A model generated the notes under the pieces. That model was not told the DNA's origin. It ran no database searches and saw nothing but the letters and a program-made list of their open reading frames with translations. Source: Eledone cirrhosa (lineage: Eukaryota). Taken from it: 64,000 nt of DNA. The position numbers and the translations under genes are program-made. The stretch is taken from positions 22,444,001 through 22,508,000 of the forward strand of contig OZ024763.1 of assembly GCA_964016885.1 (NCBI GenBank), read 5' to 3'. Shown piece after piece: positions 1 through 13,611 of this stretch. Positions within the stretch are counted from its first letter, which is position 1. Each line of letters begins with the position of its first letter.

Positions 1-534
1 AGAAAGTGTCTGGCCAGGCATGACCATCTATGCCAACTGGTAGCAGGCGAAAGTGTACGCCACGGATGGAAGGTAGGCTGGGAGCCTTCCTACTGTGTGG
101 ACAAAAAAAGACTCATACTAGACCTGGTTTTGAGCAAGTCTGTGACTACAGTGATACTGGATGTCACTGTGAGATATGAGCAAGGCAGCGTCTTCAGTGA
201 CACTGCGGCGGAAAAGGTGCGTAAGTACAGTCCATTGACCATCCTACTACAGAATGAAACAGTTGAGAGAGTCAAGGTTCACGGCTGCCCCATTGGGGCA
301 TGTGGGGCTTGGTCGAAGGCGGCTGATGACGGGATTGTAGGCGACCCCTTCAAGAAACTTTTGTCGGTTGTGGAGACTGCGTCGAAGGTCGATTTCGCTT
401 ATGCTGGCGTGTCAACATGCATATGGCCTGAGGGTTTCTGGGATACAAATACGAGTCCCCAGCCATATCTGTGGCATCCATCGTTTGGTTCCCCCCAATT
501 GTTCTATGAACCCCTGAATGGGTCCAAGGGATGA
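1..534 (+). mobile_element. R2/NeSL-group non-LTR retrotransposon, C-terminal restriction-like endonuclease fragment (decayed)
   Basis: Translation LILDLVL...ILDVTVRYE...AAEKVRKYSPL...VHGCPIGACGAW resembles the (P)D..D..K..KY RLE motif and the GxxGxW tail of R2-type elements. Confidence 0.75.
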
Positions 535-899
535 ATGTCTCTGGTTTTTTGTTTTTTTTAAAACACCATCACAGCGTGAACGAGAGTCTTAACTTTTCTT
601 TATTTTTAGAATATTTCGATACAGGGGTTTTTCCTATTATTTACTAATTTATAAACTAACCCGTTATGGATAGCGGCCGGAAAGATGAATCCGGTTGGAG
701 AATTAAGACACCTCCATCTCTACCGTTAGTCTGGGTGTCTGCCTTGGGCAAGTGATAGCACGCCCAAGCCCCCCTTTGTGCAGGGTCATGCACTCACACA
801 TTTTGATTTATAATTAACAAGTTATCTACTAAATTCCCCAGCTTTCCTTTTAAAGAGTAGATTCTACATGCGCTGAGGACGCTAGTCTAAGCAGAGTTT

Positions 900-1515
900 A
901 GACAATATTTCCATAGGATAGGATGCTAAAACACTAGACAGACAGTGGGTATTGTGTTGTGTCTAGAGGCTAGCAGGCAGATGTTCTTTTGAATCACAAT
1001 GGCGGGTATCATCTTCGCCAGTTGGCAGAGATTTAACCCACCTGCTAGCTACATTATAGGAAGGAAATGGAAGTCGACTCGTGCAGATGCAGTATCCTAC
1101 AAGCCCCTGCACGAATAGCCATGTCTAGCACTCCAAGATTACTACTGGCAGGTAATACTTATGATAGAGGGTAAAACAGCATAGGCAAGTAAAATTTCTG
1201 CCGGGGTTTCAGTGGAGCTTTGCATATTTTATCAATACCCAGTGACACCTGCTCCACCGAAACATTCATCTTCGACTTCGACCACGGGCCGACTTTGACC
1301 CCTAAGTAAGAGCATTTATCTGCAGGTTCGATCCTCAAGAGCTGATTCCCATCAATCTCTGGAGGAGAATCCATGTTGATCAAGAAAATCTTACCCCACA
1401 GCTTCACCGAGAGTGAAGCGCATTTGGAGATATTCACTGCTAGCCCCATCTTCCGGTAGAACGACATGCATCTGTCAACTAGATGCTGCATCTTGCCAAC
1501 AACCCTGAGCGCCTT
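900..1515 (-). mobile_element. R2-like RT/thumb fragment (frameshifted)
   Basis: GLAVNISKC...SYLGV...KAPLKPRQK, then in another frame LDMAIRAGACRILHLH...; typical of R2-clade RT domains 5-7 and thumb. Confidence 0.7.
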
Positions 1516-1519
1516 TTTG

Positions 1520-1883
1520 AATTCCATGTGTCTAACAAACGTGGGCATGCCTTCAAAGTCAGAAAACAGCACCCATGACTTTCGGAAACATTTTTTCACA
1601 CTCAGGGTTGCTGAAGTATGGAAAAGATTATCTGCATCAGTTGTTAGTTGTCGAGATACAGCATCCTTCAAAACTTCCATGCTTCCTGAAATTTGCTGAC
1701 ACTACACCTGATATTTCCCCTCCATACACACACACACACACACGTGTGTGTGTGTGTATATATCATGACTCATACACTGTTCACTTTCCTGACATTTGTA
1801 CATTAGTCTATGTACGAAACATGCACCTTTGATGGGTTGTAGTGCACCTGAGCTCTGTACACAATAATTTCATTATTATTATT
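1520..1883 (+). mobile_element. CR1-group LINE 3' end (ORF2 C-terminus, 3' UTR, (ATT)n tail)
   Basis: RGHAFKV...FRKHFFTLRVAEVW..L...VV.....SFK motif; tail gttgtagtgcacctgagc..tgtacacaataatttcattattatt, repeated at 45970-46038. Confidence 0.75.
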
Positions 1884-1974
1884 ATATAAATGCGTGTGTA
1901 TATATATGTGTGTGCGTGTGTCTAGTAATAAATGTGTAATCAGTTACCTGTACATGTGTGTGTGTGTGTGTGTG

Positions 1975-2056
1975 TGTATACAAACTTCAACAGCATTCTA
2001 ATAAATATTGTCTATACAGGAAATCAGTGTGTATATATTTTTGGGGTACACCCTGT
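1975..2056. mobile_element. Partial Tc1/mariner-type MITE (same family as 41992-42092 and 45669-45760)
   Basis: One TIR (ttttggggtacaccctg-ta); internal sequence is the reverse complement of the 41992-42092 interior. Confidence 0.5.
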
Positions 2057-2089
2057 ATGTATATGTATATATATATATATATATATACA

Positions 2090-3056
2090 TTATGAAAATA
2101 AACCAAAGAAGCCTTCAATACATCAAAAGTCTTTATTAGCCAACAATGTTTCGTCCTATTAAGGACTCATCAGGGCAAGTAAAGTTATAAGAAGCACTAT
2201 CGGCCAATACAAGCCAAAAACTCAGAAGAATATGGAGTATACATACATTAAAGCATAGGAAAATTATCAAGTAAAAATTGCTAAGGAAGTGAATAACATT
2301 TTGAACCATATTACAAATATAGTACAATGCAAGAACTAAAACTAAACACAAGTGGTGATATAAAGCGAGAATTACAGTACTATATGTAATATAATATAAT
2401 ATAATTGATAATAATAATAACATTAAAAGGCCCAATATACATATATATATACATATGTACACACATATATATATATATATATATCAATACACATATCCAT
2501 CAATACAAATACAAACTAACACTTATTAAGAGTTTAAATATAAATAAAAATATAATACATATATTATTTACAGTATAAAATGATAAAAGTAAACATATAA
2601 TATATAATATACTATATAATTATATAATTTATAATCTCCGGTCAATTTGCACAAACAATATAAATATTACAATAACACTATAATAATAATATAATATATT
2701 GGCATATAACTTAACAAATCATATAAAGTTACACACAGGGTGAGAAAAAATATCATACAGAACTAAATTGTGTTGAAAAAATTGTGCTGGAAAAATATCT
2801 ATACCGTTGTAAGAAAACAGACGGAGGTCAAGTTTTTATACAATTGGTATAAATAAATATTATCTAAACATTACAAAAATTATAAAAATATAAACATATT
2901 ACAGAATTTACAAAATTTAACATAAGGGTACATCGAATAATCGGTAAATATTTAAGATCTATAGTACAATTACATTGAGTGATATGATATAACAACTTCA
3001 ATATCAAATAATAAACATATTATAATATAAATAATTACATGGTTGGTAGACAGACA
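2090..3056 (-). mobile_element. Penelope-like element 3' UTR/pseudo-LTR, inverted copy
   Basis: Reverse complement aligns by eye to 7552-8519; contains HHR; abuts (TA)n. Confidence 0.85.
2139..2176 (-). ncRNA. Minimal type I hammerhead ribozyme (PLE pLTR)
   Basis: Minus strand GCC-CUGAUGA-GUCCU(UAAU)AGGAC-GAAAC-AUU-GUU/GGC. Confidence 0.85.
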
Positions 3057-3057
3057 A

Positions 3058-4325
3058 ATTAGGGACAACTACTCCTCTTTGCATACTATTAGTCTTGATA
3101 GATCCATTAATGCCTTACCACCTGAGCAGACCTTATCTTATAATAACCCTAGGAGTGATGCATCACTCATTCAGCCGGTCAATAGCACCCGGAAGTGTAA
3201 CTGTAGAGTAAGTATTAACTGCCCTTTAAATGGTCACTGCCTCTCTAGGAACATTGTTTATGCCTGTGAAGTTAAGACTAATTCTTCTAATAGCACATAT
3301 ATAGGCTCCACATCTAATACTTTTAAAACTAGGTTTAATTCTCATATCTCTAATTTTAAGCATGTTAAGGTTAAGAACTCTACTTCTTTAGCACACCATA
3401 TCTAGGATCTTAAAGGGGCTGGTATGCCATATAGCCTTAATTGGCGAATAGTAGCACGCTCTAATAACCTATCAACACACACTAAATTCTGTAATCTCTG
3501 TATCCTAGAGACCCACTCTATAATTTTCTCTAGGGAAGTTTTGCTTAATAGAAAGTCTGAGATATTTTCTTCCTGCCCCCATGCCATTTCTAATTCTTTC
3601 TTCTATTATAGACCTAAAAGTTCTGGTAGTTTAAATCGTATCCATTAGCTGCTATATTTCCTTATATTTTTTGTTTAGGTTCATTTTGATTACCATCATC
3701 ATTATTATTATTAGTTTTTTACAGCTTTTCGATTTTAGTTTTCATAGTCTTTTGGCTACCATACCCTATCTATCTTCTTAAGCATTATTATAGTTTCACT
3801 ACTTACACCTTATGAGTTTATATCTTATTAAATACTTTGTTTGGAGTCTCATTCAACTAATGAACCTCCTCCTCTACACACTTAATATTTGCCCCTTCTA
3901 TTATACTATATATAAATTTCACCTTTATGCTCCTTTTTATGATATTATATAATATATTGATTTTACTTTTATGCTCCTTCCTATCCTCCATAACCTCTCT
4001 TCTTTCTGTTCCCATTGGTCTACCATAATTCTATTTAGTGTCCTTTTATTTGATAACGTCATTCGACTGAACGGAGTATATTTTACTCTATTCTTGATAA
4101 TTTTATTGAGATATCTTAAACTTATACGATTTTTATGACTTAAACTCTAGCCAATTTTGAAGTGACTAAATATGTATTTTAAATACTTTTAATATTAATT
4201 AATTTAAAAAGGTTTTCTAGTCAATTCTCCGGTTTACATTTCTATCTTTTTTTCTTTTACTTAACCGCTTGTGACACCTAAGTAAATATACTTGTTTTTG
4301 TTTTTCGATCTTCGGTTTATTTTAT
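3058..4325 (+). mobile_element. Penelope-like element partial copy (GIY-YIG EN plus proximal 3' UTR), diverged
   Basis: CNCRVSINCPLNGHCL..NIVY...YIGSTSNTFKTRFNSH...CNLCILE...LNRKSEIFSSCPH with one in-frame TAG; UTR aligns to about 6796-7492. Confidence 0.85.
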
Positions 4326-7300
4326 GTTTTGGCCTTTATGTATATCTGACAGTATGCTAACAAAGAGTTACCTGCCTTTATCTCTGAAGAATATTCCCAC
4401 CTCCTCTAAGAATACTTACGAAAAACTATTGATTGCTAGTGTTAACTCCTTTGTAAAAAGGATTAGATGGCGTGCTTTCCACTATGATATTAATAAGAAT
4501 AGGAAGGACCCCAGGAATAGAACAAATTTTAATAACTATGGCTTCAAAACTTATAAGAGCCCACCACATAATGTTCTATTAGATAGTTTTGAAAGTGACT
4601 TACTCTCTCTTGTCAAAAATATTAAGTATAGGCCAAATAATAGACATAGAAATTATAATAAATTTGATAAGTTCCAGTCTAGACTTAAAAATATTGTTAC
4701 GGGTTTTGGTGCGAACAAGTCTATTCTTGTCCCGGCGGATAAGACTAAGAATCTATACTCCATGGATTATAGTGCTTACCGCGACTTTATTTATAAGGAG
4801 CTACATAGAAATTATAAAAAAACTACGCTAGATAATTTGAACCATATCAATAGTGAGGGTCTTAAAATAGTCTCGGACCTCGGCCTTGATAAGTATACCC
4901 AGCCATATTACCCTAGAGAACCGAGATTCACTCTTAAGGATCATAAGGTAGACTTCATTAGTAATCCCTCTGTTAGACTCATCTGTCCTTCTAAGTCCGA
5001 TATAGCCATGATCAGTAAAAAAAATCCTTGACCTTATTATACCAGATGTTAGGGATAAAGTTAATTTTAACCTATGGGGGAACACTAAGGAAGTTATAGA
5101 TTGGTTCTCTGGGATTAATAAACTTGAATCTAATAAGTTTATCCAATTCGATATTGATGCCTACTACACATCGATTTCACCCATCCTCCTCAATAAAGCT
5201 TTAATGTTGGCCATGAGAGTGTCCAGCCTTACACTATCACAGGTAGATATTATACTAGCAGCCCGTAGAACTATTATTAATTTTGAGGACACATTTTGGA
5301 CCCGTAAAAACACGCCCAACAATTTCGACGTTACAGTGGGTTCGAGTGATTCGGCCCAGGTAACTGATCTTGTTGGGTTGTTCCTCCTAAATGAACTATA
5401 TGTTACCTTTCCGCACCTTAAAGGCGGACTATATCGTGATGATGCATTGTTTGTAATTAACTCTAGCACCAACAATGTTGAGCATAATAAGAAGAAGCTT
5501 TATAAGTTTTTTAAAAGCTATAACCTTTCGATCACGATAGATAGAAACGATAGAGCGGTCAACTTTTTAGATGTGACTTTGGACTTGGTCACTAATAGTT
5601 TTAAACCCTTCCATAAGCCTAATGAAATACTTTCTTATGTTAGTCCCAATTCTAACCACCCCAAATCTATGATAAGCTCTATAATTAAGGGTGTATCTAA
5701 TAGGATTTCCACACTCTCTAAGGACGTAGGAACATTTAATGAACATGCGGAGTACTATAATAATGCCCTAGCTAATTCCGGTTACTCTAGTAAAATACAT
5801 TATAATAATAGTAACCTTAGAAAGTCTCCGCTTACTTATAATAATAATAACATAATATCACATAACATGGCCATGAATGGCAGTAGGAAGCATAATAACC
5901 GTAAAAATTACATAGGTGTATCTGAACCCATCCATAAGTTAACCCACGGGACTCGTAATAGGAAATATAATACCTCTAGGAAACAAGTCGAACCCTCTGA
6001 GCGCTCACTCATTGGTGATAATTTTGCTAGATCTAATTCTAATAATGTTGTTTCTACTGATCCTATTATTGGCCCTAATCCTTTTGATGGGATTCCAGAC
6101 GGCAGCAGATCTACTAGAGGTAGAAACAGTAAGAGACTTAATGGAATTTTGGCTGATTCTAATAATGCGGTTTTAACTAATCCTTGTAGTAACCCTAGTC
6201 TTGATGGTGGGATATTAGATAATGGTAGAGTCGGTAAGGATATTTCCACCCTGGAAATGCCTTACCACCAGAGCAGACCTTATCTAATAGTAATCCTACG
6301 TGTAATGCATCACTACTTCAGCCAACCAATAGCACCCGGAAGTGTAACTGTAGAGTGAGTGCTAACTGCCCTTTAAACGGTAACTGCCTTTCTAAGAACA
6401 TTGTCTATGCTTACGTAGTTATAACTAATTCCTCTAATAGAACTTATATAGGCTCTACATCTAACACTTTTAAGACTAGGTTTAATTCTCATATCTCTAA
6501 TTTCAAACATGTTAAGTTTAAGAATTCTACTTCGTTAGCACACTATATCTGGGATCTTAAGGGGGCTAATATACCATATAGCCTTAATTGGCGTTTAGTA
6601 GCACGCTCTAATAACCTTTCTACACATACTAAATTTTGTAATCTCTGTATCCTCGAGACACACTCTATAATTTTCTCGAGTGAATCCTTACTTAATAGAA
6701 AGTCTGAGATATTCTCTTCTTGCCCCCACGCCATTTCTAATTCTTACTTTTATTATAAACCTAAAGGTTCTAGTAGTATAAATTGTATCCATTAGCTGAT
6801 ATATTCCATTACTTATTTTTTTAGTTTAGGTTCTTTTTGTTTACCACCATTATTATCATTGGTTTTTGACAACTCTTTATTCTAGCTCTCATAATCTTTT
6901 GGCTACTATACCATATCTATCTTCTTATGCATTAAATTTTCACTATTAACACCTTATGAGTATATATCTGATTATATATTTTACATTATTTTATTTGGAT
7001 TCTTCTTTGGATACGCCCCCCCCCCCCATGCACACATAAACTTATTGTCAACCCCTTCAAATATATTATGATTATATTTAACCCCCCCCCCCCCCTCTTT
7101 TACGCTCCTTTCTATTATTTAATATAGTATATTGACTATGATTTTATGCTCCTTTGTATCCTCCATACATTTCTTTTTTTCTGTCCCTATTAGCCTACCA
7201 TAATTCTGCTTAAGTCAGTTTTTTTAGGTATTGTTATGTTAATGATAGTAGAAAATTTCATTCCTTTATATATATATTTGTAGTGAAATATTAACGTTTA

Positions 7301-8620
7301 TAAATTTTGATTACTTAAACCATAGCTAATATTGTATTGCCTTATTAGATATTTTAAATATTTTTAATATTAATTTATCAAATAGGGTTTTCGAGTCATT
7401 TACCTGGGTTGTTTCCTAAGTTTTTACTTAACTGCATGTGAGACCTAAGTATATACTTTTGTTTTTGTTTTTTAATTTCCAGTTGATTTTATTTATTAAT
7501 ACTACTGTGCATTCTATTTTCTGTCTGGCCCTTATTCACTCATCCACATATATGTCTGTTTACCAACCTTGTAATTATAAGTAATTATATATTATATTAT
7601 GTTTATTATTTTATATTGTAGTTGTTATTGTACTATTGATCCTTATTACTTACCGTTGATTATATGTACCATTATGATATGTTAAATTTTATATATCATG
7701 TAAGATGTTTATATTTTTGTACCATCATAATTTTGGGTATTGTACAATTTATATTTTTTTCTCACCTACTCTGTAACTCTATATGAATTGATTTGTTAAT
7801 TTGCATGCCATTATATGTTATGTATTATATATGTTATTATATTATTATTATAGTATTATTGTGACATCTATATTGTTTGTGTAAATTAACCGGGGATTAT
7901 CTATTATATTTTATTATATAGTATATAATTATATAGTTTATTATATATTATATGTGTTACTTTTAATCATTTTATTACTTCATGTATATTAGATATACGT
8001 ATTATTATTATTATTTTTATTCCTATCATGCTTATTTATATTTAAACTCTTAATAAGGTTTAATTTGTGCTGTTGAAGATGGATATGTGTATTGATGTAT
8101 GTGTATATGTGCGTACGTGTGCGTACATATATACATATGTATATTGTGCCTTTTAATTTTTATTGTAATTTTAATATTGTTACAAGTATATTATATTATA
8201 TTATATAGTATTATATATAATTCCCGCTCTATATAACCACTTTTGTTTAGCTCTAGGTTTTTTTTGCTTTGGACTATATTTGTAATATAGTTCTAAATGT
8301 TATACACCTCCTTAGTGATTTTTATCATATATTTTTACCCATAATCTTGCAATACTTTAGTGTATGTACACTCCATATTCTTCGGAGTTTTCGGCTTGAA
8401 TTGACCGATAGTACTTCTTGTTGTTTTAATTGCCCTGATGAGTCCTTAATAGGACGAAACATTGTTGGCTAATAAAGACTTTTGATGTATTGAAGGCTTC
8501 TTTGTTTTATTTTCATAATTCTTCGGCTCTGTTTAATTACATTGAGCTATAACTTTTACTGTCATTTCTATAATACGAAGAGGGTGTTTAACTCCAACAC
8601 ACTTCAGTATTTTAACCCTT
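4326..8620 (+). mobile_element. Penelope-like retroelement copy 2 (RT + C-terminal GIY-YIG), disrupted
   Basis: ADKT, FIQFDIDAYYTSI, FDVTVGS.DSAQ, GLYRDD, NFLDVTL, SNHP, then GIY-YIG NIVY..YIG; +1 shift at A8 (5017-5024); about 260-bp deletion near 6240 relative to copy 3; long AT-rich 3' UTR with HHR. Confidence 0.92.
8432..8469 (+). ncRNA. Minimal type I hammerhead ribozyme (PLE pLTR)
   Basis: GCC-CTGATGA-GTCCT-TAAT-AGGAC-GAAAC-ATT-GTT/GGC; predicted cleavage after 8466. Confidence 0.85.
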
Positions 8621-11600
8621 GTCACTGCTCCCAATCGGTTGAGCTTCCTCATATATACTGGTATTTTGGCCTTTATATATATATATATCTGACAGTATGC
8701 TAACAAAGAGTTACCTGCTTTTATCTCTGAAGAATATTCCCACCCCCTCTAAGAATACTTACGAAAAACTATTGATAGCTAGTGTTAACTCCTTTGTAAA
8801 AAGGATTAGATGGCGTGCTTTCCACTATGATAATAATAAGAATAGGAAGGACCCCAGGAATAGAACTAATTTTAATAACTACGGCTTCAAAACTTATAAG
8901 AGCCCACCACACAATATTCTGTTAGATAGTTTTGAAAGTGACTTACTCTCTCTTGTCAAAAATATTAAGTATAGGCCAAATAATAGACATAGAAATTATA
9001 ATAATTTTGATAAGTTCCAGTCTAGACTTAAAAATATTGTTAAGGGTTTCGGTGAGAATAAGTCCATTCTTGTCCCGGCAGATAAGACTAAGAATCTATA
9101 CTCCATGGATTATAGTGCTTACCGCGACTTTATTTATAAGGAGCTGCATAGAAACTATAAAAAAACTACGCTTGAGAATTTGAACCACATCAATAGGCCT
9201 TAGAATTGTCTCTGACCTCGGCCTCGATAAGTATACACAGCCATATTACCCTCGAGAACCGAGATTCACTCTTAAGGATCATAAGGTTGATTTTATTAGT
9301 AACCCCTCTGTTAGACTCATCTGTCCTTCTAAGTCTGATATAGCCATTATCAGTAAAAAAAATCCTTGACCTTATTATACCAGATGTTAGGGATAAGGTT
9401 AATTTTAACCTATGGGGGAACACTAAGGAAGTTATAGATTGGTTCTCCGGGATTAATAGACTTGAATCTAATAAGTTTATCCAATTCGATATTGATGCCT
9501 ACTACACATCGATTTCACCCATCCTCCTCAATAAAGCTTTAATGTTGGCCATGAGAGTGTCCAGCCTTACACGATCACAGGTAGATATTATACTAGCAGC
9601 CCGTAAAACTATTATTAAATTTGAGGACACATTTTGAACCCGTAAAAACACGCCCAATAATTTCGACGTTACAATGGGTTCGAGTGATTCGGCCCAGGTT
9701 ACTGATCTTGTTGGGTTGTTCCTCCTTAATGAACTATATGCTACCTTCCCGCACCTTATAGGCGGACTATATCGTGATGATGCATTGTTTGTAATTAACT
9801 CTAGCACCAACAATGTAGAACATAATAAGAAGAAGCTTTATAAGTTTTTTAAAAGCTATAACCTTTCGATCACGATAGATAGAAATGATAGAGCGGTTAA
9901 CTTTTTAGATGTGACTTTGGACTTGGTCACTAATAGTTTTAAACCCTTCCATAAGCCTAATGAAATACTTTCTTATGTTAGTCCCAATTCTAACCACCCC
10001 AAGTCTATGATAAGCTCTATAATTAAGGGTGTATCTAATAGGATTTCCACACTCTCTAAGGACGTAGGAACATTTAATGAACATGCGGAGTACTATAATA
10101 ATGCCCTAGCAAATTCAGGTTACTCTAGTAAAATACATTATAATAATAGTAACCTTAGAAAGTCTCCGTCCACTTTTAATAATAATAACATAATATCACA
10201 TAACATGGCCATGAATGGGAGTAGCAAACATAGTAACCGTAAAAATTATATAGGTGTATCTGAACCCATCCATAAGTTAACCCACCGGACCCGTAATAGT
10301 GAATATAATACCTCTAGGAAACAAGTTGAACCCCCTGAGCGCTCACACATTGGTGATAATTTTGCTGGATCTTATTCTAATAATGTTGCTCCTACTGATC
10401 CTATCATTGGCCCTAATCCTTATGATGGGATTCCGTACAGCAGCAGATCTACTGGAGGTAGAAACTGTAATAGACTTAATGAAATTTTGGCTGATTCTAC
10501 GAATGCGGCTTTAACTAATCCTTGTAGTAACCCTAGTCTCGATGGTGGGATATTTGATAATGGTAGAGTCGGTAAGAATAAAAATAGAAGGCGATTAAAT
10601 ACTTATTTTAACCCGCCATATAATCAGGAAGTATCAACTAATATCCCTAGGTCTTTCTTCTCTATCTTAGAGAAAAATTTCCCCCCCTTCTCATAAATAC
10701 CATAGTATTTTTAATAAAAATGTTATTAAACTTTCATTCTCCACCACCCCTAATATTAGTTCTCATTTAGCTAGCACTAACAATAGGAAGATTAGGGATG
10801 GATTCTCCTCTCTACATACTACTAGTCTGAACAGATCTGGTAATGCATTACCACCAGAACAGTCCTTATCTAATAGCAATCCTACGTGTAATGCATCACC
10901 ACTTGAGTCAACCAATAACACCCGGAAGTGCAATTGTAGAGTGAGTGCTAACTGCCCTTTAAACGGTAACTGCCTTTCTAAGAACATTGTCTATGCTTGC
11001 GAAGTTATAACTAATTCCTCTAATAGAACTTATATAGGCTCTACATCTAACACTTTTAAGACTAGGTTTAACTCTCATATCTCCAATTTCAAGCATGTTA
11101 AGTTTAAGAATTCTACTTCTTTAGCACATTATATCTGGGATCTTAAGGGAGCTAATATACCATATAGCCTTAACTGGCGTTTAGTAGCACGCTCTAACCA
11201 CCTTTCTACACATACTAAGTTTTGTAATCTCTGTATCCTCGAGACACACTCTATAATCTTCTCTAGCGCATCTTTACTTAATAGAAAGTCTGAGATATTC
11301 TCTTCTTGCCCCCACGCTATTTCTAATTCATACTTTTATTATAAACCTAAACGTTCTAGTAGTACAAATTGTACCCATTAGCTGATATATTCCATTATTT
11401 ATTTTTTAGTTTAGGTTCTTTTGTTTGCCAACATTATTATTATCATCATTATTATAATTGGTTTTTGATGACTCTTCATTCTAACTCTCATAATCTTTTG
11501 GCTACTGTACCATATCTATCTTCTTACGCATTAAATTTTCACTATTACACCTTATGAATGTATATAAGATTATATATTTTACGGTATTTATTTTATTTTA

Positions 11601-13358
11601 TTCTTATTTTTATTTTTATTTTTATTCGGATTCTTCTTTGGAACCCCCCCCCCCCCCCATGCGCACATAAACTTAGTGTCAACCCCTCCAAATTGACTAT
11701 GATTATATTATATTTAACCCCCCTCCTTTACGCTCCTTTCTATTATGTAATATAGTATATCGACTATATTTTATGCCCCTTTGCATCCTCCATATATTTC
11801 TCCATTTCTGTCCCTATTAGCCTACCTTAATTCTGCTTAAGTCAGTTTTTTAGATATCGTTATGTATATGATAATAAAAAATTTTCATTCCTTTTTGTAA
11901 ACATTTGTAACGAAATATTAACGTTTATAAACTTTAATTACTTAAACTATAGCTAATATTATACTGCCTTATTGGATAGTTTAAATATTTTTAATATTAA
12001 TTTATCAAATAGGGTTTTTGCGTTATTTACAGGGGTTGTTTCCTTAGTTTTTACTTAACTACTTAACTGCATGTGAGACCTAAATGTATACGTTTGTTTT
12101 TGTTTTTTAATTTCCGGTTGATTCTATTTATTTACTTTATTCTATATTTTATATATTATATCTTATATTTTATTTGTAGTACTACTGTGCATTATATTTA
12201 CTGTCTGGCACTTACTCACTCATCCATATACATGTCTGTCTACCAACCTTGTAATTATAAGTAATTATATATTATATTATGTTAATTTATTTGATATAAT
12301 ATATTATATTATATTGTATTTTTTATTGTAATATTGATCCTTATTACTTACCGTTAATTATATGTAACATTATGATATGTTAAACTTTATATATCATGTA
12401 AGATGTTTGAACTTCTGTACCATCATAATTTTTTTGAGGTATTGTACAATTTATTTTTCCTCACCTACTCTGTAACCCAGTATGAACTGATTTGTTATAT
12501 TGTTTATTATAAATGTTAGTATATTATATATCGTAAATGTTAATATATTATGATTATATTATTATTGTGACATCTATATTATTTGTGTAAATTAACCGGA
12601 GATTATCTATCCTATTATATTGTATTATATAGCATATAACTGTATTATTTATTATTTATTATATGTGCTACTTATAATTATATCATATTATTACCTCATG
12701 TATATTGGGTAGACGTATTAGTAATATTATTATTATTATTTTCATTCCTATCATGCTTATTTTTATATTCAAACTCTTAATAAGGTTTAATTTGTGCAGT
12801 TAAAGATGGATGTGTGTATTGTTGTATGTGTATGTGTGTGTACGTGTGTGCACATATATGCATATGCATATTGTACCTTTTGATTTTTATTGTAATTTTA
12901 ATGTTGGTAAAGGTATATTATATTATATTATATTACATTGTATTATATATAATTCCTGCTATATATAACCACCTTTGTTTAGTTCTAGGTTTTTTTTGCT
13001 TTGGACTATATTTGTAATATGGTTCTTAATGTTATATACATCCTTAGTAATTTTTATTATATATTTTTATTACTTTTATTATATATTTTTGCAATACTTT
13101 AGTCTATGTACACTCCATATTCTTCGGAGCTTCCGGCTTGTATCTGCCGATATTACTTCTTGTTGTTTTAATTGCCCTGATGAGTCCTTAATAGGACGAA
13201 ACATTGTCGGCTAATAAAGACTTTTGATGTATTGAAGGCTTCTTTGTTTTACTCTCTTAATTTTTCGGCTCTGTTTAACTACATTGAGCTATAACTTTTA
13301 CTGTCATTTCTATAATACGAAGAGGGTGTTTAACTCCAACACACTCCAGTATTTTAAC

Positions 13359-13362
<4 letters not shown>
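8621..13362 (+). mobile_element. Penelope-like retroelement copy 3 (head-to-tail with copy 2), disrupted
   Basis: Same motifs as copy 2 plus YFNPPY linker; small deletion near 9196, A8 shift at 9355-9362, TGG>TGA near 9636, extra C near 10681; ends ttttaaccctt followed by (TA)n. Confidence 0.92.
13174..13211 (+). ncRNA. Minimal type I hammerhead ribozyme, GUC triplet
   Basis: GCC-CTGATGA-GTCCTTAATAGGAC-GAAAC-ATT-GTC/GGC; predicted cleavage after 13208. Confidence 0.88.
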
Positions 13363-13402
<40 letters not shown>

Positions 13403-13611
13403 GTATATATATGTATGTATGTGTATGTGTGTGTGTGTGTAAATGGCTAAATTCCTATTATTTCTGTGTCTTTTGAATTCCAATAAAATATTTTTTAATA
13501 AATAAACACCAAAAATATTTTACTTTAATCGAATTTATTCCAATGAATTAATTCTTAAAATACTGCAATAACAGATCATTTATAGAAAATATCTATAAAT
13601 GCGTTTGTTAA

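Noticed and set aside
1159-1680. Single 173-aa gene
   Set aside because: Chimeric read-through: antisense of a CR1 3' end fused to an R2-like RT fragment
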